A DNA stretch of 63,855 nucleotides, filler included, from Piptocephalis cylindrospora (lineage: Eukaryota): the NCBI GenBank assembly GCA_003614145.1. It is 4 parts of 4 records of this genome, joined end to end, with 100 filler letters (N's around TTAATTAATTAA, not from the genome) between each part and the next. Parts side by side here need not be neighbours in the genome. Positions count along the whole stretch, not along the records: positions 52,324 to 63,855 come from KZ987995.1; 3 more parts are not named here. One strand, 5' to 3'. The notes under the pieces were generated by a model. The model was not told where the DNA came from. It was given only the letters and a program-made list of their open reading frames with translations, and searched no databases. The translations under genes were made by a program, and so were the position numbers. Each line of letters opens with the position of its first letter. Position 1 is the stretch's first letter. Positions 55,329 to 63,855 of this stretch are shown here, piece after piece.

Positions 55329-58091
55329 TTACATCTCACATGAACAAAAAGACTTACTTGATGAAGTACCTTCCACTTGGTTATCTTGCTCTTTAGCAGT
55401 GTCATCTTGCTGGAATAGCTCTCCTCCATCATCATTTTGAGTAACCTCATTGACGACGCCCTCATTTTGGGACCCGCTGTTCTCTTTATCGTCATTTTGA
55501 GTAACCTCATTGACGACACCCTCATCCTGGGATTCGTTGCTCTCTCCATCAAGGTTAATGGGGCTTGGATCGGCCGGAAGATTGACATCAGGGGCAAGCC
55601 GGAGCAAATTTTCCTTGGCTGACTTATACGCATTATGAGCTTCTTTGTAGGAGGTTAGGCGGTCACCCTTCTCCTCGGGAGACTTGGCGTTTTCATAGCC
55701 TTCTCGGGCGGCATTAAGGGTATCCGTAGCATTCTGATAACCAATATAGGCATTCTTACCAAGGGTAGTGTCGAGGACCTGGGAAGAGTCATCAGTACCG
55801 TTCTTCTTAACTGCGCTACCCGATGAATCAAGTTCTATCTCAGAGGAAGAGTTTCCAAGTAGATTGCTGGCATCAGATATGGTCTTTGAAGGGCTCGATG
55901 GAACTTGAATCTCCTCGGAGGAACCGTTGACAGCCTTATTGATAGTATCAGACACAATCGGCAGGGTATTATTAAGATCAGGAGCTTCTTTGGAGAGATC
56001 ATCAGACCCGGGAAGGGAAGTGGGGGAGACATTTGAGCTGGCTACGCTACGAGCAGTCTCAAGATCGGCGGGAGGAAGCCCAGAAATAACAGAGATCATA
56101 GTAGCGGTGGCCACAGGATTGTCCATCTGCATGGTTTGGGAGTATGATGTGTCATTGGAAGGCGGGACGGTGACAACGGGGATGTTGTTCTCGTCGACGG
56201 AGACTGAGGGGACTGGGTCGTACTTGGCAGGGATATCCTCGGTTGTTTCGACGACCTTAACCTTGACAGGTTTGGGATTCTTGGGCTTGGAGGTGTATGG
56301 GGAGATCGGGGAGTTGGGTGGAGCTGTAATGGCGTTGGGGGTACCGAGGATCTCAATAAGGTCACCCTGGACCACGCTGGGAGGCACGCCTACGGTAACA
56401 TTCTGGCTAGCAGCAGCCCCGGAGATTTTGGACTTGCAGTTGGAGATGACCTGCAGAGCGGAACCACCTCCGTGGGAAACAGTGACAATAGACCCATCTA
56501 CATCTGCCTTAAAGGCCGCGACCTTGACGGCGAGTACAACCAGGAGATCATTCCGATTCCACAGAGCAGAGGGAGAGACGTAACCTTGGATAGAATTGAG
56601 CTCCTGGTAGACCTGGGAGTACTCGGCCTCCTTTGCCTGAACTTTCTCATAGGAGAGACCATTACGGATACACCAGGCACGGTCCAGAGGCTTGGGGTTC
56701 CGGATGCGGGTAAGGTGGGAACGATCACTGTAGCCGGGCTGGGATCCGGTGGCGTCTCCCTTGTACTTCCCGCCGGTACTCTTGCCATGCTTCCGGCCGT
56801 ACTTGCGCCCATTGTACTTTCCCTTGGTGCCCCACTTCTTCTTGTGTTTACTATTGCGATCATATTGAGTACGGGACTTGTTGTGATAGAGGGAATTAGA
56901 ACTGTCATCCTCGGAATCATCCCCCTCAGAATCAGCATCGTAATCAGCGTCTTTTCCCTGGGTGCACTTCTCGTTTCCAGGGATGGGAGCAACTACCACA
57001 GTGTCACCACCGTCGGCGATGGCAGTGGCAGCAGCGCCGGCAGCGGAGCTAGAGGAGACGGAAGGGTTGAGGGTAACGTCATTGATTTCATCATCTGGGG
57101 ATTGGGAAGGTGTGACCGGAGGAGGAAGAGCGGGCTGCTTATCATCGTTGTTGGTGAGAGCAGTGTAAGTATAGCAGAGCTTTTCAACGTCAAAGACATC
57201 CGAGACCTGAAAGTCCCAAAAGTTACCCCTATCCGTAGCCTTTAAAGTGCTTCCAGAGGAGGTTTCACCATTGATGGTATGAGCCCTGCTAGGATAAGCC
57301 TTTTGCCATTGCCACCAGATATAGTCGATCATGACATGGTGACCAAAGAAGATTGGATCCTGGGGGGAAAGCATAGAGTTCATGATACCTCCAATGCCGA
57401 CGTGGACGCCTCCGTGAACAGAGCCCTCAATGGAATCATGCAGGGCTGAGTAGGTACTGGCACGGTTGATGATTCGGGCAAGGATATCCGTGGCAGTGAA
57501 GGAACCAATGCGGTCACCTTCGTCGAAATCACGCTGGATGCACTTGGAGGTTCCTGAAGGGGTGTAGAAGGGCTTGTAATTGGCAAATGGACCATTCGTG
57601 ATACACTTGGTCTTGGAGTTACCATTTCCACCGTAAAACTCAGCGGTGAAGACAATGGAGGCCTCTGGGGCCTGGGAATCCAGAGTCCATTCCCAGCGGG
57701 GAAGGTAGACATTGGGGTTGATAGTCTGGAGGGTGGCTTCAACGCGGTGGAGATACATGCGGTGCCAGGGGAAGAACCAAGCGGAGTTGTGGGCAAAACG
57801 GGTGGAGTCACTGTGGCACTTGGCGATCACGTCCCATGTGGAGATCTGGGAGGAGGGGTCCTTGACCATCAGCTCCTTGACGGCGTCGAAGAAGGCGGTA
57901 CGTTCCGCCTTGCTCATAGACCGGATCTCCTTGCGCTCTTTGATCCCGTTAGGGCAAGAGGTGGGGACACGAGAATTGGACAAAAAGGCCCTGCTCCGGG
58001 CAGCGACAGCGGCGGCTCCAGTAGTGGCGGCCTGGCTGGGCAAGGCGACCAGGGAAAGGAGGGCAGCGGCAAAGACGACTTTGATCAACAT
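55329..58091 (-). CDS. Secreted tyrosinase (type-3 copper), copy 1, with long low-complexity C-terminal extension
   Basis: Signal peptide MLIKVVFAAALLSLVALPSQA; RKEIRSMS; CuA H...AHNSAWFFPWHR; CuB HGGVH...SPQDPIFFGHH. The extreme 3' end may be spliced (GTAAGT near 55358). Confidence 0.92.
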   Translation of the reverse strand: MLIKVVFAAALLSLVALPSQAATTGAAAVAARSRAFLSNSRVPTSCPNGIKERKEIRSMSKAERTAFFDAVKELMVKDPSSQISTWDVIAKCHSDSTRFAHNSAWFFPWHRMYLHRVEATLQTINPNVYLPRWEWTLDSQAPEASIVFTAEFYGGNGNSKTKCITNGPFANYKPFYTPSGTSKCIQRDFDEGDRIGSFTATDILARIINRASTYSALHDSIEGSVHGGVHVGIGGIMNSMLSPQDPIFFGHHVMIDYIWWQWQKAYPSRAHTINGETSSGSTLKATDRGNFWDFQVSDVFDVEKLCYTYTALTNNDDKQPALPPPVTPSQSPDDEINDVTLNPSVSSSSAAGAAATAIADGGDTVVVAPIPGNEKCTQGKDADYDADSEGDDSEDDSSNSLYHNKSRTQYDRNSKHKKKWGTKGKYNGRKYGRKHGKSTGGKYKGDATGSQPGYSDRSHLTRIRNPKPLDRAWCIRNGLSYEKVQAKEAEYSQVYQELNSIQGYVSPSALWNRNDLLVVLAVKVAAFKADVDGSIVTVSHGGGSALQVISNCKSKISGAAASQNVTVGVPPSVVQGDLIEILGTPNAITAPPNSPISPYTSKPKNPKPVKVKVVETTEDIPAKYDPVPSVSVDENNIPVVTVPPSNDTSYSQTMQMDNPVATATMISVISGLPPADLETARSVASSNVSPTSLPGSDDLSKEAPDLNNTLPIVSDTINKAVNGSSEEIQVPSSPSKTISDASNLLGNSSSEIELDSSGSAVKKNGTDDSSQVLDTTLGKNAYIGYQNATDTLNAAREGYENAKSPEEKGDRLTSYKEAHNAYKSAKENLLRLAPDVNLPADPSPINLDGESNESQDEGVVNEVTQNDDKENSGSQNEGVVNEVTQNDDGGELFQQDDTAKEQDNQVEGTSSSKSFCSCEM
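55432..55525. repeat. 60-bp-period tandem duplication in the tyrosinase 1 tail
   Basis: TCATTTTGAGTAACCTCATTGACGAC(G/A)CCCTCAT occurs twice and encodes SQ(D/N)EGVVNEVTQNDD twice. Confidence 0.9.
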
Positions 58092-59454
58092 GGTATGGAA
58101 AGGGGGAAATGGGGGGAGAAGGATTGCACAGCAATCAAGCAGAGTGGAGTATGGAGTAGTGGTGGGTGATAGATTGGACGGCACAGCCGCTAAATCAACA
58201 AGGTAGGAAAAGAAGAGTGTGTCCGGAGGACTGAATGAGGGATATCCTAGGCAGGTGGACAGACGCACAGCGACGACGATAATGCGATAGGATAGGGGAG
58301 GTAGGAGGAGGGTAGGTAAGAGGGGAAAGGGGAGAGGGAACGAGGGATCAGAGAAGAGAAGGGGGAATGTAACAAGGGACAGAAAGGCCGTGATGGGGGG
58401 ATGGTTAAGTAGAGTCCGGTCAGCGCGAAGTCATGCGCATCTATTTTCCGGAGCCTAGCCAACCAGGTTAATCAACCAGATTGAATGCCCGTCCTCACCC
58501 AAAGAGATGGATGAATGAACAGGGTTTAGCTGGGAATAATCCACAATGGAAGGACGAGGAGAAATTAGGAAGAAATACCCATTGCTGGGATCCTAAGTAG
58601 GAAAATTTATACATTCAATCCCAAGAACCAATGAGATTGTGGAAACTCTAGCAACAAGTTTAAAGTCCCCGCCCCACTCCCATCAGTATTGATTCGACTC
58701 TTGGCGTGGCGGCGATCCTCATTTGTGTGGGTGACAGAAGTGGGGCGAGTCAGGAGGCCAAAATCAGACCAACTTTACTAGGCGGTTGAAACTCCGTCCC
58801 CTGTTCATCTGGGCTCTCGGATAACAGAGAAGTATTGGACATGACAAGACATGCCAGCAGATGAGCGATTAAGAATTGTACGAGGTATATTTAGACAAGT
58901 GGGAAGATTGATTTAACCGAAGGAGTTAAAATGGATGATGGGAGAAGGAGGTAATTTTGGCGACTGCTATCCCCCTGGATAGGCTGGGCGAATGGAATAC
59001 AGGATGCGTGAGGATATGGATGAACATTTTCATTCTATATCTCCTTGTTACCCTGGTTCTTATTGCAAGATAAATGATGAGTAGGATACTATCTAAACCA
59101 CTGTGATGTGTATATTTAAGCAGCATCGGACCTATCGGTTTTTTATCGGAGCCGAACTGAAACAAACTAAAAATGGAAGATATCGGGGAGGATGGTCGCT
59201 CCTTTTGGAAATGTTTATTTTGATGATACTCGTATGAGCCAATGTTATTTTTTGAAACCGCTTTTATACACATTGCGGTGAAATTGTCTTGGACAGAAAT
59301 GGAAACACAAGTTATTTGGGAAATAAATCAGAGATGTCAACGCGGCTAATTGGCCCATCCATCTTAATTATTTGATCTCCACTTCCCACCCTCCTCCCTT
59401 CAGTCATAATACTTCTCATCTCTTCCTCTTCCCACAATGGCAAAGGCTGGATAC

Positions 59455-61446
59455 TTACTCTTGCTCAGAGGCATACTCACCCCTCTGGGAGCCTTTCCCT
59501 GCCCTAGAACCTTGGCTTCCCTCCTGTCCAGGAACATCACAGTCCTCTGGGGAGAGGATGTGGCTTTTGTAAAATTCACCATAGACATGAGACTCATCGG
59601 GAAGGGTGATGGGAGCCGAATCGTAAAAATCTGGACCGGCCATCTCTTCAATCTTCTGACGAACTTCGGGGGAATAGGGTTCCTGGAGGGAACCATGGAC
59701 GGTGTGGGCCATACGGGCCTTGATGTTGGAGGCGGCTTGCTCGGGGGAGAGACCCGACTCATACCCAACCATAATGCGAGATCCATTGACATCAGCGTAA
59801 AAGTCTTTGACACCCGAGGCAGCGAGCCTTTCGAGGGTATCATTTCGGTTCCAGAGGGCGCAAGGGGAGATGTAGCCCTCGATCGAATTGAACTGGATGA
59901 TGGATGCATGGGCGTTCTCTTCGTGCTTACGATAGTCCTCAATGGAGATGCCCTGCATGGCGATCCAGTCCTCGGGAACACGCTGGGGTGTACGGAGGTA
60001 CAAGAGGTTGTTCTCATCTCCGGGCGAGACGAGAAGTGAGTCAATAGGAGAAGCAACGATGGTGGTAAGGGAATCGAGAGCCTTGAAGACGGTAGAAGTC
60101 AAACCGCTGACTAAACCATCGCCATCGAGGATACCACCCAAAAGGCCATCCTGCTTCTTTCCACCCTCATTATCGTTGTTTGATTCACCCCCGAGGACCC
60201 CGCCGAGAAGACTACGACGGACCAGATCCGCCTCCGCATCGGGGCCTTCGGGCTTTCCGGCAGGGCCAGCGGCAGAGGCGGCTGGGAGGGAGGAGGTGGG
60301 AAGGGGGGAGGCAGATGCACGGAATTCCTTATACTCGTAGCACAGGTCACGGGTACTGTAAGTGTTCCCGACCTTGGCGGACAGGCCGGGGAGGGGATCG
60401 GATGGGGAGGCAGCTTTACCATTCTTGTTCTCCCCACCATAGGTATTAGCCACATTTGGATGCAGACGCTGCCAATCTGCCCAGATCTTGTCAACAAAGG
60501 TATGATGAAGGAAGAAAACGGGGCTGAAGGGGGGTGGGAGAAAGAGGGAAAGGGAGAAGGGTGAGTAGATCTCCTGGAGAGGACCATCGTGTTGGTATGG
60601 AGACTTACTCGGCGGGGGAATGCATAGAGGAAAAATCACCACCAATGTTGTTATGCTAAAAAAGAAAAAGAGATATAGGGCGCAGGGTAAGTCATCCATC
60701 CTTTTCACTCCACTACACATCTTCCCCATACATACCACGACACCATGGGGAGCATATTCTAGGGCAATGCGGAAAGCATCGTAAGTGGGACTACTGGCAA
60801 TAACCTTGCGGATATAATCGGTGGAGTAAAAAGCACCTAAGCGATCCCCCTGGTCCCACTCACGCGACATACAATGGTCCTCGGGGATGAGGACACGATG
60901 CTGGGCAAAGGCGCCGTCGGTGACGCACTTGTAGGTCTTGCGGCCTTGGCCATCAACCCCTTTGGTGTTGGGAGCGTAGACACCAGGTTTTCCTACTTCG
61001 GAGCCACGGCCGTTTCCACCAAAGGCATCGGGCTGAAAGACGGCGGCCTGGGCTGGAGCCTGGGAATCATAAGACCAGTCCCAGTAAGGGATGGTCACGG
61101 TAGGATCGGCCTTTTGTATTTCCCTCTCCAAGGCCACGACGAACTGCCGATGCCACGGGAGAAAGACGGCCGATCCATGGATAGGACCAGCGTGTTCGTT
61201 GTGGATCTGGACGAGACGATCATACGCCGAGGGCTGCGAGGGGTCACTCCGACGCATTGTCTGTTTCAAGGCGGAAAAGAAGCGGCTACGCTGATCGGAG
61301 CTTAGGGTACGAAACTCCACACGTTGCTGCACGCCATTAGGACAACCACCTCCGGCGGCCTGTGCGTGTGCAAAAGGCATGTGACCTGGGACAATGACCA
61401 GAAGGGCCAAGGAGGCCAGGAGGACAGGGAGGCGGAAGAGAGTCAT
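59455..61446 (-). CDS. Secreted tyrosinase (type-3 copper), copy 2, 3 exons
   Basis: Signal peptide; CuA IHGSAVFLPWHR. Introns 60656-60735 and 60524-60608 flank a 47-nt exon that restores CuB HGVVHNNIGGDFSSMHSPADPVFFLHH. Confidence 0.92.
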   Translation of the reverse strand: MTLFRLPVLLASLALLVIVPGHMPFAHAQAAGGGCPNGVQQRVEFRTLSSDQRSRFFSALKQTMRRSDPSQPSAYDRLVQIHNEHAGPIHGSAVFLPWHRQFVVALEREIQKADPTVTIPYWDWSYDSQAPAQAAVFQPDAFGGNGRGSEVGKPGVYAPNTKGVDGQGRKTYKCVTDGAFAQHRVLIPEDHCMSREWDQGDRLGAFYSTDYIRKVIASSPTYDAFRIALEYAPHGVVVCMGKMCSGVKRMDDLPCALYLFFFFSITTLVVIFPLCIPPPSKSPYQHDGPLQEIYSPFSLSLFLPPPFSPVFFLHHTFVDKIWADWQRLHPNVANTYGGENKNGKAASPSDPLPGLSAKVGNTYSTRDLCYEYKEFRASASPLPTSSLPAASAAGPAGKPEGPDAEADLVRRSLLGGVLGGESNNDNEGGKKQDGLLGGILDGDGLVSGLTSTVFKALDSLTTIVASPIDSLLVSPGDENNLLYLRTPQRVPEDWIAMQGISIEDYRKHEENAHASIIQFNSIEGYISPCALWNRNDTLERLAASGVKDFYADVNGSRIMVGYESGLSPEQAASNIKARMAHTVHGSLQEPYSPEVRQKIEEMAGPDFYDSAPITLPDESHVYGEFYKSHILSPEDCDVPGQEGSQGSRAGKGSQRGEYASEQE

Positions 61447-62804
61447 CACTCGAGACTACAGAAGCTTGAGCGGGTGAATGCAAAGGAGGAGATGAGAGAA
61501 AGAGATGAATTATAGACTTCCACGACAAAAAAAGGAATGGGTATGGGAGATGAAAAAGTAAAATGATGAGAAAAAGGGTAAGAGTAGTAGGATGAGGAGG
61601 GTGAAGGAGGAGATGGGGGACAAGGGGTGATGAGAAAGGGCTGATGTGGTATATAAGGGTGTTTGGGCTATACCCCATCCAACCTTTCCCATAACTATGG
61701 CTCGATGGACCCAAAGGCATGGGATAATGCAGGCAATGGCCCTCCTTCCAGGAGAAATGGGATTCCCCTCGCCTGTCCCATCATGCAGAGGCCGGGATGT
61801 ATGCTAGGATACTCTTCTCCTCCCTTCCCACCGCCCATCACCATCCTGCATCCTGGAATGGAGAATACTGTTCTTGATGGAGTGAGAGGTGTTCCCGAGG
61901 TCTCTGTGTACGGGGAGGTGTGCGTTGTGTTTGAGCAGCGTCCCTTTCATGACTATGGGCAGAGGGGATGCACATACTCGATGGAGAGACTGCTACTTCC
62001 TCTCACGAGTGGTATATATGAGGGGTTTGTAACATAAGATGTAAATGAGTGATTCAGCAGGAGCTCTTTCGTAGGTTCGAGCAACATTGGTCCATTAGAT
62101 CTATTCTGCTCTTCTCGCATCATCCGCCTCAATCTCATCCACAACGCCACATCTCTTCATCCCTAGGGCACTTGCAGGTGGTGATGCAGGGCGAGTGAAA
62201 GGATATCAACAGGGGTAGTACTTATGGGTAGAAGCTCCTTTCGGGTATGGTGTATGCCCTTCCTTCTCTCTCACTAAATCGCCTACTCCCTCATCTGTCA
62301 GCAATAAGATTGACCGATGGTGTGAGTGATCCGTAGGGAGGAATGAAGATCCTAGTCCCCAGGATCGCAACCCTGGATGTGTAGGTGAGTGCGAGGGATC
62401 CAGTGAGGCACTTTCTCCTCATAGTACCTTGACGATATTTCAAAGGGTGAAGAAGAGGATCGACTGGGTGCATAGGCGTATCCCTAGATGACCAGGGTCA
62501 ACCAAGGATATTCTACTAGAGTACCTGGTTTATCGCGCTAAAAATAGTACTTACCGTTGCAAGGTAGGCGATATGGCTCTATCGTAGAAGAATGGACACA
62601 TGTACAAAATTATCATGTTTCTCCCCAGTCATATTCCCCACACTCTATCCATTTTCTCCTCGCATGTGTCATCTCCCTTCATGTAAAATGGACAAGGTCG
62701 TCTGGATCACCAAGGAGCAGCACGGATCAGAGAAGAAAGTCGATCCGCACAGATCTCTGCTCATCTTCATCTGAGGTCAAGGAGGATACCAAAGAATTTC
62801 CCAT

Positions 62805-63855
62805 TTATTGCCCAGACGCAGCCTTCCCCTGTCGCTCCTGGTCCCATCGCGTGGCGAGGGCACGACCAGCTCGACTCCCATAGGGTTTTCCCAAGGCCTG
62901 GGAGATCCATTGACCGGTCTCGACGAGACGGGGCAAGTCTACGCCTGTGTCCAAGCCCATGTCCTGGCACATATAGATGACATCTTCGGTGGCCACATTT
63001 CCCGTGGCGCCCTTGGCATATGGGCAACCTCCGAGTCCGCCGACCGCTGAATCTACCACACGAACTCCATACTGCAGGGCTGTGTAGATGTTGGCCAAGG
63101 CCTGGCCATACGTGTCATGGCAATGGACTGCCAGGGCCGAGAGGGGAACGGTTGAAGGGGATTGTCCTTCCTGCAGCGTACGTAAGAGGCGGATCATTCC
63201 CCCGGGCGTTCCCGTCCCGATGGTATCTCCTAGGGATATCTCAAAGCACCCTAGGGTATACAGCTTTTCCACCAGTCTCTTCACCACCTTGGGATCCACT
63301 GGACCCTCATAAGGGCATCCGAGGACGCAGCTAACGTAGCCACGGACTGCGATACCATGGTCCCGTGCCTTGCGGATCACTTCAGTGAATCGGACAATGC
63401 TCTCATCGATGGAGCAATTGGTATTGCGACGGGAAAAGGCCTCGGAGGCTGCGGCAAAGATGGCTACCTCCTTGGCCCCGGCCTCTATGGCTGCATCCAA
63501 ACCTTTCATGTTAGGGACCAGGACGGGGTATCGACGGGGAGGACTAGTTTGACTCTGAGAAGGGGAGGTATCATTAAGGATGCGATTAAGGACTTTGGGT
63601 GCATCGGCCATTTGTGGGACCCACCGGGGGGAGACAAAAGAAGTAGTCTCGATGACCCGAAGTCCCGCACCCTCGAGACGATGGATAAGTTCGACCTTGA
63701 TGTCGGTGGATACGGGGGTCTTTTCATTTTGCAAGCCGTCCCTCGGGCCTACCTCAACAATCTCCACATGGTTGGACGGACGGCCGGGCGAGGAGGCTCG
63801 GGCATCCCGACAGGCCCTAGCGGTGTGGAATCCTGCGAAGAAGGCCCCATACCCT
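62805..63855 (-). CDS. HMGCL: Hydroxymethylglutaryl-CoA lyase, N-terminus runs off the window
   Basis: IVEVGPRDGLQNE, SFVSPRWVPQMAD, EISLGDTIG, AVHCHDTYGQALAN, GLGGCPYAKGATGNVATED. Confidence 0.96.
   Translation of the reverse strand, partial: GYGAFFAGFHTARACRDARASSPGRPSNHVEIVEVGPRDGLQNEKTPVSTDIKVELIHRLEGAGLRVIETTSFVSPRWVPQMADAPKVLNRILNDTSPSQSQTSPPRRYPVLVPNMKGLDAAIEAGAKEVAIFAAASEAFSRRNTNCSIDESIVRFTEVIRKARDHGIAVRGYVSCVLGCPYEGPVDPKVVKRLVEKLYTLGCFEISLGDTIGTGTPGGMIRLLRTLQEGQSPSTVPLSALAVHCHDTYGQALANIYTALQYGVRVVDSAVGGLGGCPYAKGATGNVATEDVIYMCQDMGLDTGVDLPRLVETGQWISQALGKPYGSRAGRALATRWDQERQGKAASGQ

Noticed and set aside
13871..57245. Long antisense ORFs overlapping ProRS, apyrase 2 and tyrosinase 1 (e.g. 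14518-15456, 23726-25534, 56472-57245)
   Set aside because: Shadow ORFs expected from strong codon bias on the coding strand, with no independent protein features.

Overview
Eukaryotic (fungal) genomic DNA, gene-dense, with short GT-AG introns. It is not one continuous locus: four contigs are joined by artificial 100-nt N/TTAATTAATTAA/N spacers (17426-17525, 34911-35010, 52224-52323), and there are signs of amplification or assembly chimeras. Gene content and style suggest an early-diverging fungus, possibly a Zoopagomycota parasite such as Piptocephalis; this is inference only. Contig 1 holds housekeeping genes (PCF11, GEMIN2-like, UTP11, LIN1/CD2BP2, a PPR protein, SWC5, ProRS), an unexpected SAS-4/CPAP-like TCP-domain gene and a structured non-coding segment. 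Contig 2 holds a RasGEF and a block of intronless secreted-protein genes: two tandem soluble apyrases, one with degenerate catalytic motifs, and three paralogues of an unrecognised secreted family. Contig 3 holds three tandem 7-TM paralogues, a secreted (Thr-x)n repeat protein, ORC4 and an intact LINE with RNase H. Contig 4 holds UTP4, two tandem secreted tyrosinases and HMG-CoA lyase. The best candidates for undescribed biology are the apyrase plus novel secreted family island, the TxT-repeat protein, the 7-TM array, the SAS-4-like gene and the ncRNA candidate.
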